From Gnetum montanum (taxonomy: Eukaryota; Plantae; Gnetophyta), in NCBI GenBank assembly GCA_015680685.1, contig MNCI01000270.1, positions 691,854 to 755,853 of the forward strand: a DNA stretch of 64,000 nt, in the 5' to 3' direction. Shown here piece after piece: positions 13,159 through 25,956 of the stretch (its first letter is position 1; each line of letters starts with the position of its first letter). The notes under the pieces were generated by a model that did no database searches, had not been told where the DNA came from, and worked only from the letters and a program-made list of their open reading frames with translations. The position numbers were made by a program, and so were the translations under genes.

Positions 13159-14994
13159 TGAAAAACCATAAAATTTTAGGACCCTCATGCTTTAGTAGAG
13201 TCCTTGGAATTTGGGCAAGGACTTCCACAAGTGCAACATCATGATGGTTCGGAAAGAAAGTGTAGGCACTGAGGATAGACTGTCTAGTCTGGAAATTTTT
13301 GTATCTCCAAGGCTGACAGGCCCGTCGGACTCTCTAGCCTACCCAACTGGACAATTTACTTGGTTGACAATCTACCCAGAGACCATGTTAGGAGTTGTCA
13401 AAAATGTTCAAGATGAGAAAAATAGTTTGACAAGTTTTCTAGTGAAGAAGTCTGCTATGCTACGCTATGTTGTGTAGCATAGCAAGCCTTGAAAGATAAC
13501 CACTCAAGCATCCAAATGTGAATTAACAAAATGATTGCAAGACAAGTCAGGATTCAGCCAACACAAGGTGATACACTATGCTACTCTATGTAGAGTAGTA
13601 CAGTGTAGTAAAGGTAGAGTAGGAAGGCCCATATTGCCAAGTGATTCCAACAAGAAGATTGCAGTTTAGTAAGACTTTGGCCTCTAAAATTGGTTGCCCT
13701 ACTTAGCCCATAGGCCTTGAGCAAAGTTTCTTAGTAGAAAATGGTAGATTGAACAAGGAAGAATGATACACTAGCTGCTACACTATGCTACACTACATAG
13801 CATAGCATCGCATAACAATAATGCAAAAACAATAGAAGTGTTCCAAACATGAGTTTAGCAAGTCCAAGGGCTTCTCGGCATGAAGGACAAAAGTTGTAGT
13901 TGTTTGCTTGACCAAATCTCAAAAAAATGCTCTTCAGCTCCTACACAAATTTTTGTCAAGACCAGTAGCTACGCTGCATAGCAAGAAGCTACTTATGCTA
14001 CACCAATGTTCTCAATAGCATGAGTAGATCAACATTGGCATGAAAGTATCAAGACATCTTCGGGTAGCTCTAGAACTTGTAGGCAACAATCTTTCTCACT
14101 CTGGCATCTCCTTGGAAAAATTAACAATTTTACTCCATTTTTCATACCCCTGATCAACTCCCAAAAAATTGTTCCTATGCTTGAACCTACTTATAAGTGT
14201 AAGGAAGACATAGTCCTAGAGCATAGGCTCCATTTTTCTTACATTATTAGCTCACTGGATTTTGGCATATGCAGTTTCGATGATATGGTCATAGTGTAAC
14301 AAAGTTCACATCTAGCATCACATACCTACATGGTACAGGCATGTTAGCACATTGTAGGGCCCAGGACACATGGCATCTAGACATCATTTCTCTCCTGCTC
14401 CTGGCCCTATAAATACCTTGGCAAACAATGCTCGAGGGTTGGCTTTATGGGGTAGTTGGCTTTTGAGTTGGTTTTCAGAGAGCATAGTTGGCATTTTTGA
14501 GCATTCTAGTTACCTTTGAGTTCTCTAGTTGGCTCCAAATATCCCTTGGTGAGTTGAGCATTTTGGCATTCTAGCGAACATAGTAGTAAGTAGAAGACCT
14601 ATCACTATACTGTCCAGTGTAAGCAGTGTCTCTCTAGTGTTGCATAACCTATTGTATACCTTTCAGCAAGGCAAAGGATCAAATCCATGACCTTTGGGGT
14701 AGTGCACTCTCTCACCCAAATCTATTTTTCTATTCACTTGCTGTCATCATTATTTTGCATTATTTTCACTACTTTACATTTGTTAATTTTTCATTTACTT
14801 TGTGTGTCTTGCTTCTGAAACAAACATTCATGAAAGGTTAAGATACACTAATTAAGTCCTTGTTTGATCGACCAGACCGTTCAAGGTGCCCCACTTTTTT
14901 TTCTCTCTAGCATGGCCCTCACAAGGATCTGGGGTTAAACTATTTACCCGGTGACCTCTCGGTGTTCCAGCCACCAATGTTTTCGGTTGCTACT
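13159..14994 (+). repeat. LTR shared by the upstream copy (as 3' LTR) and element D (as 5' LTR)
   Basis: Starts TG after a PPT, TATAAATA at 14408-14415, ends ...ggttgctact before a PBS. Confidence 0.9.
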
Positions 14995-14999
14995 ATTTT

Positions 15000-15016
15000 T
15001 GGTGCTAGAAGGAGGG
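15000..15016 (+). promoter_or_regulatory. PBS (tRNA-Asn type)
   Basis: tggtgctagaaggaggg. Confidence 0.8.
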
Positions 15017-15238
15017 CCTTTTTGATGCCCTTTCTATGTCCTATGGGTAGTCTTGCATGCTCTCTATACCCCATCATTCACTAGCGTAAATGTGACACCC
15101 TTTTCTAGTTGTTTACACATCGTGTGATGCAGACTAGTCACGACGAATCTTCCTTTGGAACCTTGTAGGATGAAAAGCCTCTAATCGCCTATTGATTTCT
15201 ATGTTTCTCATTTGTGACTTCCCATTTTATCACATAAA

Positions 15239-16531
15239 ATGATTCCACCAACAACCATTATTTTCACCCTAAGCCTTGAGGCTCCCTTCTTGGCTCAAAG
15301 CACCATAGGTGCTAAGTAGCCATCTAGCCCAATGCTAGCGCCACACTAGTCTCTTAGGATCTAACATTTGTTATCTGAGTTCTTAGCATAAGATGCAGAG
15401 CGTTCCGACTTCCTATATGAAAAGATCTAGGCAAATCTACCCTTGGATCACTAAGAACTTGAGGACAAATGCAAATTTGAGTTCCTACACCAAAATGCAA
15501 GAGAATTTATCCCTACCCCTAATGTTACCATCCCCCTGATGGAAACATATCGGTGGATCTTAGAATAGTTAGTGCAAGTCAATAAGTCTAGGGAGTGAGA
15601 TATAGTGTCTCATTATGATGAGACATTATAGGATGGACAAGAAGACCTAGACTCCTAATCCGAGGGTGGTGGCCAGACTTACCCTACGACCATCCCTCCC
15701 ACCATGGTCTTCAGGTCAAACTCGCTTTTTGCATTAGCCCCCTTTGTGATTACCACAACTCAGCCGCAATCTACATTTTCATCAACCATGGATAGCCATT
15801 CTACACCCTCAGCATACCAACATGATCCTCCCTTAGTTTCATTCCTAGGCACTCTCCCTCCTCATTCTGTCTCATCCTAGTACCAAGTGTCGATCACAGC
15901 TATGTTGCCCTACGTGCACACCGTGTCTACTTCACAGTTGCATGGAGTGTCCACTCCTATTCCATCATCTACACCTATTCCACCATCAGCAGTAGGCCCT
16001 GCCCTAACCACATGATGGACCATATCCACTTCGATCCTTGTTTCAAAACCCTCCCAAATGCCACATTACCCTTACCACCAAGCATACCAAGTACCGCAAG
16101 TGTCACAACCAAGCACCAGACTGTGCCCCATCCCATCACTCATGCAAATGACTAACCCTATAGCACCACCCACTGGATGGTGAACCTCACAGGTAAGACC
16201 CGTCATAGGGGTAGCCCTAACGGCACCCCCTATGAGCCAGGCTACTATCCTTACTATGCCACCAACAATGGTTGCCCCTGCAACTCCACAACCATCTACA
16301 TTATCTCCAAGTATGGATCAAGCATTCCAACTTATCCAAACCCTCACTAAAGTGATGAAATGTCTCAAAGCTACTGGTTCTAACATAGTGCAAGTCATGG
16401 ATGTCTACTATGATGACCTTATCAACCTGGTCGTTCCTATGCTCACATTACCCCCTGGGATGCCACTCCCCCACCTCTCAAAATACAATGGGGAGGGCAA
16501 TCCTAACATGCATTTATTCACATTTAGATCT
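15239..16531 (+). pseudogene. gag: Element D gag 5' part
   Basis: ORF 16232-16624 LPPGMPLPHLSKYNGEGNPNMHLFTFRS. Confidence 0.85.
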
Positions 16532-18224
16532 TGTAGCGATCGAAAATGTCAATCGCTGGAAAACACCAAGAGGTCATCAGTCATTGACAGTCTTAACCCC
16601 ATTTCCACTGGAGGATCGTGCTAGATGGGATGGAAATGGGGCACCCTAAATGGTTTGGTCGATTAGAAAGGGACTTAGTCAATGTTAATATAACCTTTTG
16701 TAACTAGATAATTTGAAAATAAGACTGATAGCACGAAGTAATGCTTAAATGTAAAAGGGATGGAAAATAGTGTAAAATGCAATAATAAGTAGGAGACAAT
16801 GTAAAATGTAGTTAGAAAAATGTACCTCTTTGAAGCTACAACTTCGCTCTATTAATACGGATACAATCATTTCCATAGTGCTGAGAAGTGCAAAGAACCC
16901 AAGAGTAACCAAGACATGTAGAGCAAGACAGCTGTGTGCTTGAACATGGACTCAGGCATTAACAATGCGAAGTGCTACCAAGGTGGTAGAGAAGAGAAAA
17001 ACAAAATTTCAATTGAGAGTGGTAATTGTTTACAATGTCAAACAGAAAGCTTACAATGCTCAAGGTTATAGTGCTAACTTTTTTCTTCTCAGCCAACAAA
17101 ATTGTTAGTCGACTAGATTTTTCCAAAAAATCGGATCGAGGCCTTTTGAGCATTCCTCATTGGGGTATTCATAGGACCAAGGGCACGTGAAAGATGTGGT
17201 TTGGATGCCATGTACCCTAGGCTCATGCTAACCTATCTATGCTACACATGACTCCATGACTATTGGGTGAGTCTACCATGTCGTAATTACAAGCCTGCCA
17301 CATTGTAATTGCATTGTCAGAGCAACGGTGCGATTAGGTGGAGTGCATTGATTTAGTGTAACTACCTAGCACTCTTTGCTATGCTTTGTAGCATAGCATG
17401 TTTGGCGTAGCATAGTATCTTGACATGATGTGCTATGCTACGTAGCATAGCGTAGCATAGCTGCTGACTCGAAGCAAAAATTTGCATTGTGTCCTACTAC
17501 ACATGTTGGAAAATTTTGAAGTGCCCCAACTGTTTATTGCATATTTGATACGCTGTGCTACACTACATGACGTATCATAGCATAGCAGATATCCTTAGTC
17601 ACAAAAATGCCTCCAAGTTGCAAACTTTACCTTTTGCACTATGAAGCTTGCGAACTTGCTAATCCTACACTTTGAGATGCCTTCTATCACTTTCACAGAA
17701 TTTCTATGCCTCATTGTGCCATGTAGCTAAGGGTAGTGTAGCAGCCAACATGGCTTGCTTCTTGCCAAGTTCACCACTTTATGATGGAAGGAGACATTGC
17801 TGAAGGACTTGAAGTCAGGCGAGAGGACTAACTGTCTAGTTTTTCTCTACACTATGCTATGCTGCGTGGCATAGCATAGGGTAGCACTATGCTTCTACAA
17901 ACATCTTCTAAATTTTTCTACGCCACATAGCGTAGCATAGCATAGAAAAACTCCTTGACTTAGAAAACTTGCTGAAGTGTTTTGCACTTTCTAAGCACCA
18001 CCAACAATTCCATGCATCACTCCTATGTGTGCTATTGGCTGGATGAACTACTTAGGTGGGAAGGTTGGGGAATCCGTTTAGCCTGTTGACACATGGGGTA
18101 GAAAACCTACCAAAGTAGATAGCATAAACATCAGATCATCCATCTCCTGAAGAACTACCGTAACGCTGGGCAAATTCCAAAGACCTGGTGAAGCAAGCAT
18201 GCCTTTGAATTTTGGGGTCTTTCA
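16532..18224 (-). repeat. 3' LTR of element B
   Basis: tgtagcgat...ggggtctttca, adjacent to reverse PPT ttgccccctcttttt. Confidence 0.9.
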
Positions 18225-18427
18225 TTGCCCCCTCTTTTTCAACTTTTAGAGGATGGGCTCGAGAGATGTTGACAAAGAATATGAAATACCACGGAAGGCA
18301 TGATGCTAACATTGCTTCTCGGTGAGCGTCAAGACATCGCTTGGCTACGCTTGAGAGTGTTGTATTGGTTTTTTGTAGGGGAAAAGGTCAAAGCAGGGAG
18401 GAAGGAGGTTTAGGAAAAAGGGTAAAG

Positions 18428-19230
18428 ATGAGGCTTAGCAGAGTCCCTTGTCAGAGTGCTCATGAGGGAGTTGTTCACATTTTCATCTTTACTTTTGCTA
18501 ACCTTCAACCTCTTATAGGATAGGTGTTTCTTTCTCAGGATGAGTTTTGTTACATTCATGTGGGGTTTTGACCTGCCTACAGATGCTTCCCATGTGGTGA
18601 GTTGTGTTACGCATGTCATGGAATTTGCACTCTGAAGTAGCTAAGCTAGTTGAGGCACTCACTTTGCGAAGCTGTAGCATTTGCTGCTATGGCAAGACAA
18701 GTTTTGCTTGCTACAGTTGTTGTTGAAGCTCTTGGACACCTTTTCTAGTGTATGGTATCCAAAGTAGGAAGGCCAACAATGACCTCAGTAGTATCAGCAT
18801 GGAGGAGCTAGCATCGAAGGCGCCAAGAGTTGCTATGAGTGCGAATGCTTTGGAATCCCTGCCAAAGGCATGCATTCTCAGTTCAGCTATGTGATTAGCT
18901 ACCAAATAGCTAAATGTTGTGTGCGCCCAGGCATTGGCAAGGAGCTAGAGGATAACAATATTGTGGCTGGGCCACAATATTGTCAGAACTCCAGTAGTAG
19001 GCACTAACCAAGGAACCATCGTCAGGGTAGTGGGCCATGACGACGGTAGGTCTGGAGGGCCAGTGCTATGTCATACAATATCTCTAGAGGGTTAGCACAA
19101 TGCCAAGGGTGGTAGCATCGCATACATTCTAGATCGCATTCTCATTGCATCGTGAACTACGTTTTGGAGCTACAATGTCCCACCCCCACATCGACACTGT
19201 GCACACTCATTCGATGTGTACTTGTCACAG
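18428..19230 (+). pseudogene. Antisense 3'-region ORF-X remnant of element B
   Basis: KMRLSRVPCQSAHEGV...FANLQPLIG; in-frame conservation with the diverged copy at 11800-12954. Confidence 0.5.
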
Positions 19231-19259
19231 ATGCATACTAGGGACGTGACACAAACTGA

Positions 19260-19650
19260 TTTTAAGGTCCTAGTAGATTATATGCTGGGTTAGGATCCCA
19301 GTAGACCATTGTGCCTATTTAAGGTCACAGCAGACCGTACATGCCAATTTAACATCATAGCGAATGTGTCGTGCCAGTTTATAGTCATAGCGAACTAGTT
19401 GTGTCAGTTTTACATTGTAGTGGATGGTCGCCGCCAGTTTAATGTCATGGTAGATGCTACTTTTTGTCACCAGTTTAACATTGTAGTGGACACTACTTCT
19501 TTCTTCCAGTTTAACATCGTAGCAGATGCTGCTTGTTGCCGCCATTTTAACATTGTAGAGGATGCTCCTTGTTGCCACCATTTTAACATCATAGCAGATG
19601 CTACTTGTTGCCACCAATTTAACATCATAGTAGAAGCTGCTTGTTGCATT
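19260..19650. repeat. Tandem array (~30-33 bp) in the B 3' region
   Basis: Repeated tttaacatc..agatgct..ttgttgcc units. Confidence 0.9.
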
Positions 19651-19656
19651 CATGCT

Positions 19657-21233
19657 TCAGATGTAATACGACCTGATAGATGAGTGATTCACTGAGTTAG
19701 CAAACTTGTTACCCTCCATGTTCACCAGCTTGAAGGCTTCATTCCCAAAGGCTTTAGTGACCATGTATGGACCTCCTAGTTGGCTGAGAATTTGCTCACA
19801 TGCTTACGGATAGCTTTGAGGATGAGGTCTCCCTTCTATACTGGCCGTTGCTACAGGTTTGCATGGTGCTTTTGTTGTTGCCTATTCTGGTAGCGCTCTA
19901 TGTGGCTCAAGGTCTGCACATGCTCTTTCTCTATTAAGTCGAGATCAATGATCCGTGACTCATTGTTCTGGGCTTTGCTCACGACATTTGAGAGGATCAT
20001 CCGGAGTGATGGTACTTGCGACTCAAGAGGAAACATAGCTTCAGATCCATAAACAAGACTAAAAGGGATCTTACTCATCGTGGTCTTGCATGTCATTCTG
20101 TAGGCCCATAGAATGTAGAGGATTTACTCGTGACACCGCCTCTTGCTACTACCAAGCATCCTCTTCAGCAAGTTGATGATGGACTTATTTGTAGCCTCCA
20201 CCTATCCATTCACCTATAGGTAATATAGGGAGGAGAAGGATTTCCTGATGCCTAGATTGCTGCAGAAGGTTTAGGTTTCCATACTACTGAATTGTCGCCC
20301 ATTGTCAATTACAATAGTCATCAGAAGCGCAAACCTTATCGTGATGTTGTCCAAGATGAAGTGGCAGGTCTACTAAGATGTCGTCTTCCTCAAGGGGATA
20401 GCTTCCACCCACTTAGTAAAATACTCAGTGGCAGTGATAATGAAGCTATGCCTTGTGGAGGACTTAGGTGTGATAGGTTCTATGAGGTCTAGTCCCCATC
20501 ATTGGAAAGGCCATGTGATTTGCGTTGGGTGCAGCTCCATAGGTGAAACGTGTATGAGATTTGCGTATCTCTGGCACATGTCGCATGTCTTGACTTTTGA
20601 CAAGTAGTCACACTCCATATGGGGCCAGTAGTACCCTAGGGATCTAATTTTTGCAGCCATAGCCCTAGGTGCTATGTGTCCACCACATAGCCCCTCATGC
20701 ACTTCATTAACTACCTTCTGTGCTTGCTCCACACCCATACATGCCAGCAATATCCTGTCATAGGAGCATCTGCATAGGGCGTCATTTCCCATGATTGTAT
20801 ATTGTTGGGCATGCTTATGGATTGCATCTCTCTGGGTAGATGTCAGTCTGCTTGGGGGTTTTCCATGTTGTAGGTAGGCTTTAATGTTAGTGTACCACTC
20901 TTGGGTATCTGCAGCACTGATAGTGGCCACATGTCCTGCCTAAGTGATAGGCTCAGTACATTCAACAATCGAAGTTGGAAAATTTATGAACAAGTGTGGT
21001 GGGATATTTAGTGCTAGGGTGGCTAAGGAATCTGCTATGGTGTTCTCATTGCATGTCACGTGTTGCACATCTGTGGTTGCAAATTGCTTAAGCAAGCTTT
21101 TTGCTAGATCATAGTAGCATTGTAACTGCATAGCTTTACAAGCATAGACCTCGGTGATTTGATTCACAACTAGTTGTGAATCACCGTGGATTGTCAAGTG
21201 TTGTATGCATAGTTTTTTGGTAGCTAAGAGGCT
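19657..21233 (-). pseudogene. pol: Element B aRH C-half plus integrase
   Basis: IHGDSQLVVNQI...NENTIADSLA (aRH); VHEGLCGGH...CDMCQ (HHCC zinc finger); ITWPFQ; LVYGSEAMFP. Confidence 0.93.
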
Positions 21234-21384
21234 ATTCTTGCTACGCTATTGCTTCGACATTCTTTGCTACTCTATGTATAGGAAGAGGGTTATGTTATGC
21301 TATATGCTAATATGCTAGATTTTGTTACACTACCTGTGTATTGCACTTGGATGTGATGTTAACGTCTACTGTTGTACTATGAAG

Positions 21385-24300
21385 GATAGCACTCAGGCTA
21401 ATTCTAGTTGTCCTGGACATTGTAGGGGTCCTGTGCTATGTGAACAAAACCATGGTCCATGTTCCCCCTTCTCATACTCGTGTCGAAGATCGAGTGATCT
21501 GGTTTACGCAAGGAGCACAGAAGTTCCTACAGTTCCTCCTCCAACGCTTTAGTGTGATCATTTGGTCACACTTAGAGGAGGAGGTGGTGGCCATCATACT
21601 AGAAACCTTATTTCCTGGGGCAACCTGGGGCATTCTGAGGTACCTTAGAGATGGGGCACTCACTAGTGGGTAAGGGCAAGGATTTGAACTATGCCCCCAA
21701 GGTTCGAGGTGTTTGGCTTGGATCTGGGAGATGCCCAAGTACAGCTGCTACCATCTTTACAACACATTGTTTATTTCATGTCATATAGGAACATGCTTTC
21801 AAAACCCACTAGGAACCATCTACTATGCTGACAAGTGAGTTCTGTAGTGCCATTTCTATTATACAATGCTATAGTCGCTATGCTCGGTCAGATGTTGATG
21901 ACGTGTTTTTGTTACCAGGTTTTTAATCAATGACGAGGACCTTCATGGAAATACGGATGCCTGACCATAGCGGAGATGGCCTTGTAGGAATTATATTTTG
22001 CTGAGAACATTTGTGCTGGTGTTCTATGTTAATGTGGGGGTGAGTACCCCACCTATCCAAGCTGATATCCCATCCTCTACAATAAATGTAAGGAGTCTGA
22101 TTGGTTGGATGAGGGATGGGAACCTTTCAAACTTGTCCCCATGGAAGACGTTTTGGTCACCCTCCCACAATTCCCATTGCCATATAAACCTAGTAAGCTA
22201 AGTAGTAGGTGTGATATGTTGAAGTGTCTTTGCTATTTTTTGTATGTAAACTGTTTCTATGCAAACTGTTGCAGGGATAAAAACGTCCCATGGAGGTGAC
22301 GGTGGTAATCGCTGAGAAGCAGGAGGTGAACATCTACTTCAAATACAGAGAAGTAGCTGTGAGCTAGCATTGGATATATAGTGAAGCTTCAGATTCCTTG
22401 GTCGGGAACCTCTGAAGTGCTAGGTTACTATATTTGTTCCTGACTCTAAACCCAAACACTCCTGCCATTGAGATGCTCTCCCTGGTGGACTCCTTTTCCG
22501 ATAAGGTGGACTGCTTCCGCACACGCATTCATGGTATGCGGGTGGTCATTAACATCAATGACCAACTTTTTGCAGACCTTTTCGGTGTCCCTATCGATGG
22601 AATCCTTATAGAGTTGAAGTCCAAGAAGGAGTTAACTCTTCAGAATGATGACATCATGGAGTGGATAGGGATTCCTAAAGAGCAAAGGGGGATCGCTATG
22701 GAGAAGGTCAAGGTAGCACCTGTTAGAGAAGTTTACCCTATCTTCCATTCTCATGGATTCACCCAGATACTTTCCCAAAGAAAGTTCCTTGGGGTCGAGC
22801 AGGCCTGGGTAATGCACGAGGTTATGGAAGAGAGGGCTCGCTAGAACTGGGCCAGGTTTCTGTGTGTAGGCTTGTAGGCTGAAATCGTGGGGCTCCATAA
22901 GAGGCAAGAGTCCTGTTCCAACATTCATTATGTCTTTTACATAGCTTGCCTATGGTGTTTCGTGTAGTATCTGGTGGTTCATGAGAAAGGGATTTGGGTA
23001 TTGTGGAATTACAACCAGATTTCTAAACCATGGATCTGTTAAGTCCTCTGGATCACCCCAGCCCAAGATCCCCCTAGAAATAATTGGGGAGTCATTCTCT
23101 ATGATAACTAAGGATCATGTGGTCCATAACTTTTGTGGCTAAGACAGTGTACGGGAGACCCCCCCTGCTGTAGCCGGTAGCATGTCACAGGGGAAATGTC
23201 TCATTACCAAAGTTGTGGCCACCAAGTTTCAGCGAAAGAGGCCCACTTCAACTAAGAGAACCCTTCATGCAGAGGAGGAGGAGGGGCAATGGCTGCGGCT
23301 TAAGCTACAGAGGACTCAATCCCCCATAGGTAAATGCTTTCGTTCATGTTTATTTCTTCACCTACTTTGTTAATGTTTTCCACGCTATGCTATGCTAGAC
23401 AACATAGCGTAGCGTAGCACCTACTTTATGCCAACCTATTTTGAGCTAACGTAAACATGTTTTTTTTTTTTGGCTTGCTAGAGGAAGATGAAGAAGAAGA
23501 AGAAGGCAAAGAAGAGGTGTCAGCCTCCAAAATAGGGGTGAAAAATAAAGACTCAAAGGCCCAGTCTCAGAGAGAAGGGACCCGGTCAAAGGGAAGGGAG
23601 CTCTTGCAGCTAAGATGGGGGCTCTTGTTATTAGGGAGAATCCTCCTACTAACTAAGAGGAGTTTCTCTTGAATAAAAAATATGCTAGTCTCCTAAAAGA
23701 AAAGGCACCAGTGAATGAAGAAGAGGTCTCTACAGACCTGGCAGGGACTTCTACCAAGGCTTCTGCCCTCATTTTGCATCAACAGGAACGTGACCCCAAT
23801 TAAATGCTGGTGAGTTTGGCAATATGTCTTCCTTGTCATAGCCCATTTTGATCATTGTTGATTCATTTAGTTGCATGACAGATTCCACTATTAATTTTGT
23901 AGGACCCCCTTCGATTCATGTGGAATCATGGACCAAGACCCCCGATAAGTTTGCGTTTGTGTAGGGGACCATCAATGACATGATCGACCATCTTCAGTAG
24001 ATCGATCCTGAAGTGGGTGAGTGTTCTCATGTTGCTACACTAGAATTCACTAATTCGCTAAATATTCCATGCTAATGTGACTGATATGCTCTTCATGTCA
24101 TGGTAGCTTCTCAACTCAAATGGGACCCGACACAGCCTTTTAAAGTTGGCATCGTGCCTACATTCCTACCTGAAGTGACTAAGGTGTCTCGTTGTGCATA
24201 CGATAAGGTCAGCAAGTATGCTTTGCACTTGGCTCGCTCTTTGTGGGAGTTCAAGCATGTCAACGAAGACCTATGGAAATGGTTCCAAAAAGCTGAGAAA

Positions 24301-25150
24301 TAGAAGGCTGACATGAACACCGAGGTGGCAAACCTGAAGTTGAAGAACGAATTCCTCATGGCCTATGATACCAATAATGAGGACTGGCGCACAGCTGTAA
24401 TGGATCATGCCAGATTCTAGACCATTGTGCGTTAGAACAAAGAAGCCATCCATGAGATAATAGAGAAGTGTATGCAGATGGACTTTTTGGCCCAAAAGTA
24501 TCAGGATTGGTAGGATTTTAGCGCAAGAGTTTACGAATGGAGGCAATCCCAGAAGAACCATAAGCATATGTATAAACTAGAATATACCACAACTCGTAAA
24601 CTATACAGGGATGCTATTGTGGAGGTGTTTATGTATAAAGCATTTATAAATGCCATTAACACTTTCGAGGCCTATGCCAAGTTCAAAGAGCAGGTAAAGG
24701 TTACGAAATCTCCTAACTGGAAAGTGGATCTTTCCATAGAAGAGACCGCTACCGCCTCCTTTTCTTTGAGACCATCGAGGTGGATGACCGCTAAAAGGGA
24801 GAGAGCTGCTGTAGACGCTGAACCAAGCAATAGTCATTGGGTGGATATCATGGAAGAGGAAGTTTGACACCACCTTAGGCTTGGTTTAGACCAGATACCC
24901 TTCAAGATGGATGCAGGTCCTTCTCAGGTTAGTTGCTTTTCACTGTGTTAATTCTTGTACTTTGTTGTAACTTGCGTGCATTGTCTTAGCTGACTGCATC
25001 ATTCCTATGATGCTGGTTCTAGATGAGGGTGTAGGGCCCACGGAGGGAAGGAGTGAAGGGTTGGTAGAGGACAACACAGGGGAAGGTGATGCAAAAGGAA
25101 ATGATGCAGAAATGGATGGCAAAGATGATGTGAATAGGGACAACCTGTGA
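21385..25150 (+). pseudogene. Accessory gene copy B (antisense to B), exons 2 to 7/8: FCP1-like HAD, PMD-like, acidic tract, coiled-coil
   Basis: Exons ~21385-21834, 21919-22204, 22275-23329, 23482-23809, ~23843-24016, 24107-24927 and a tentative last exon ~25022-25150; GT-AG junctions conserved with the 56560-60974 copy. Confidence 0.75.
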
Positions 25151-25309
25151 CAGCATGGGATTGTTTATGAAATTCTTTAAATTTTTGTAAAAAAATTTTG
25201 CAAACATTTTATAAGAGATAGAAATTTTGAATAAAGAGATGGATTGATTCCATGCTAACTTATGTGTTGTGTACATGCTGAATTTCGTGCTAAACTCTTA
25301 CTCTTTTGT

Positions 25310-25445
25310 GCTAGTTTTAGGCCATTTTGGGTCATTGCTAGTTTTAGGCTATTTTGGGCCCTGGCTAGTTTTAGGCCATTTCAGGCCCTGGCGTAACATA
25401 GTTTTAGGCCGTTTTGGGCCATTGCTAGTTTTAGGCCATTTTTGT
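25310..25445. repeat. Tandem array (g)ctagttttaggccattttggg (~27 bp)
   Basis: About five units; the same array appears inverted at 42170-42290 and 56205-56390. Confidence 0.9.
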
Positions 25446-25499
25446 CCTATTGCGTGTTGAAGGGTAACATGCTAATGATTTGGAAAATGGTTAATTAGC

Positions 25500-25956
25500 A
25501 ACTAGCGTAGATGCAAAGCATAAGGGAAAAAAATGTGCAAGGATGGGCAGCTAGGCAAGAAGTAGTGGGGTTGCTACGCTATGCACAACTACTTCTTGAC
25601 CCATTGTGGGTTGAGTGAGACATCAGGTTGGGATGTTTTACCAGGGCCTTCGTCTACATCATTGCCCCCCACTTAGAAGGGCAACTCAGCCCATGCACTT
25701 TCATTTTGGGGATTGGCTTACTAAGCTGATTCCTCTATCGAATGGCTAGTGTGTGTGGAGACAGGTGCTTCATCCTTAGGGGTTATAACCTCTAAGCCAT
25801 GTTCCATGCCTACATTGTTGATTGCTTGTGTTGCTACCTTGTCACCATGGATCACAACCTCCCTACCTACATATGGTAGATGGATATCCTGGTGTATGGG
25901 TGAGGAGATAGCCCTAAGCTGCACTAACCATGACCTCCCCAGGATCAGGTTAAACT
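25500..25956 (-). pseudogene. Element B protease C-terminal part and end of gag-pro
   Basis: FNLILGRSWLVQLRAISSPIHQDIHLPYVGREVVIHGD. Confidence 0.85.

Noticed and set aside
21385-25150. Interpretation of the spliced gene as a host gene
   Set aside because: It occurs at the same internal position and orientation in three different elements and decays with them, so it is element-borne.
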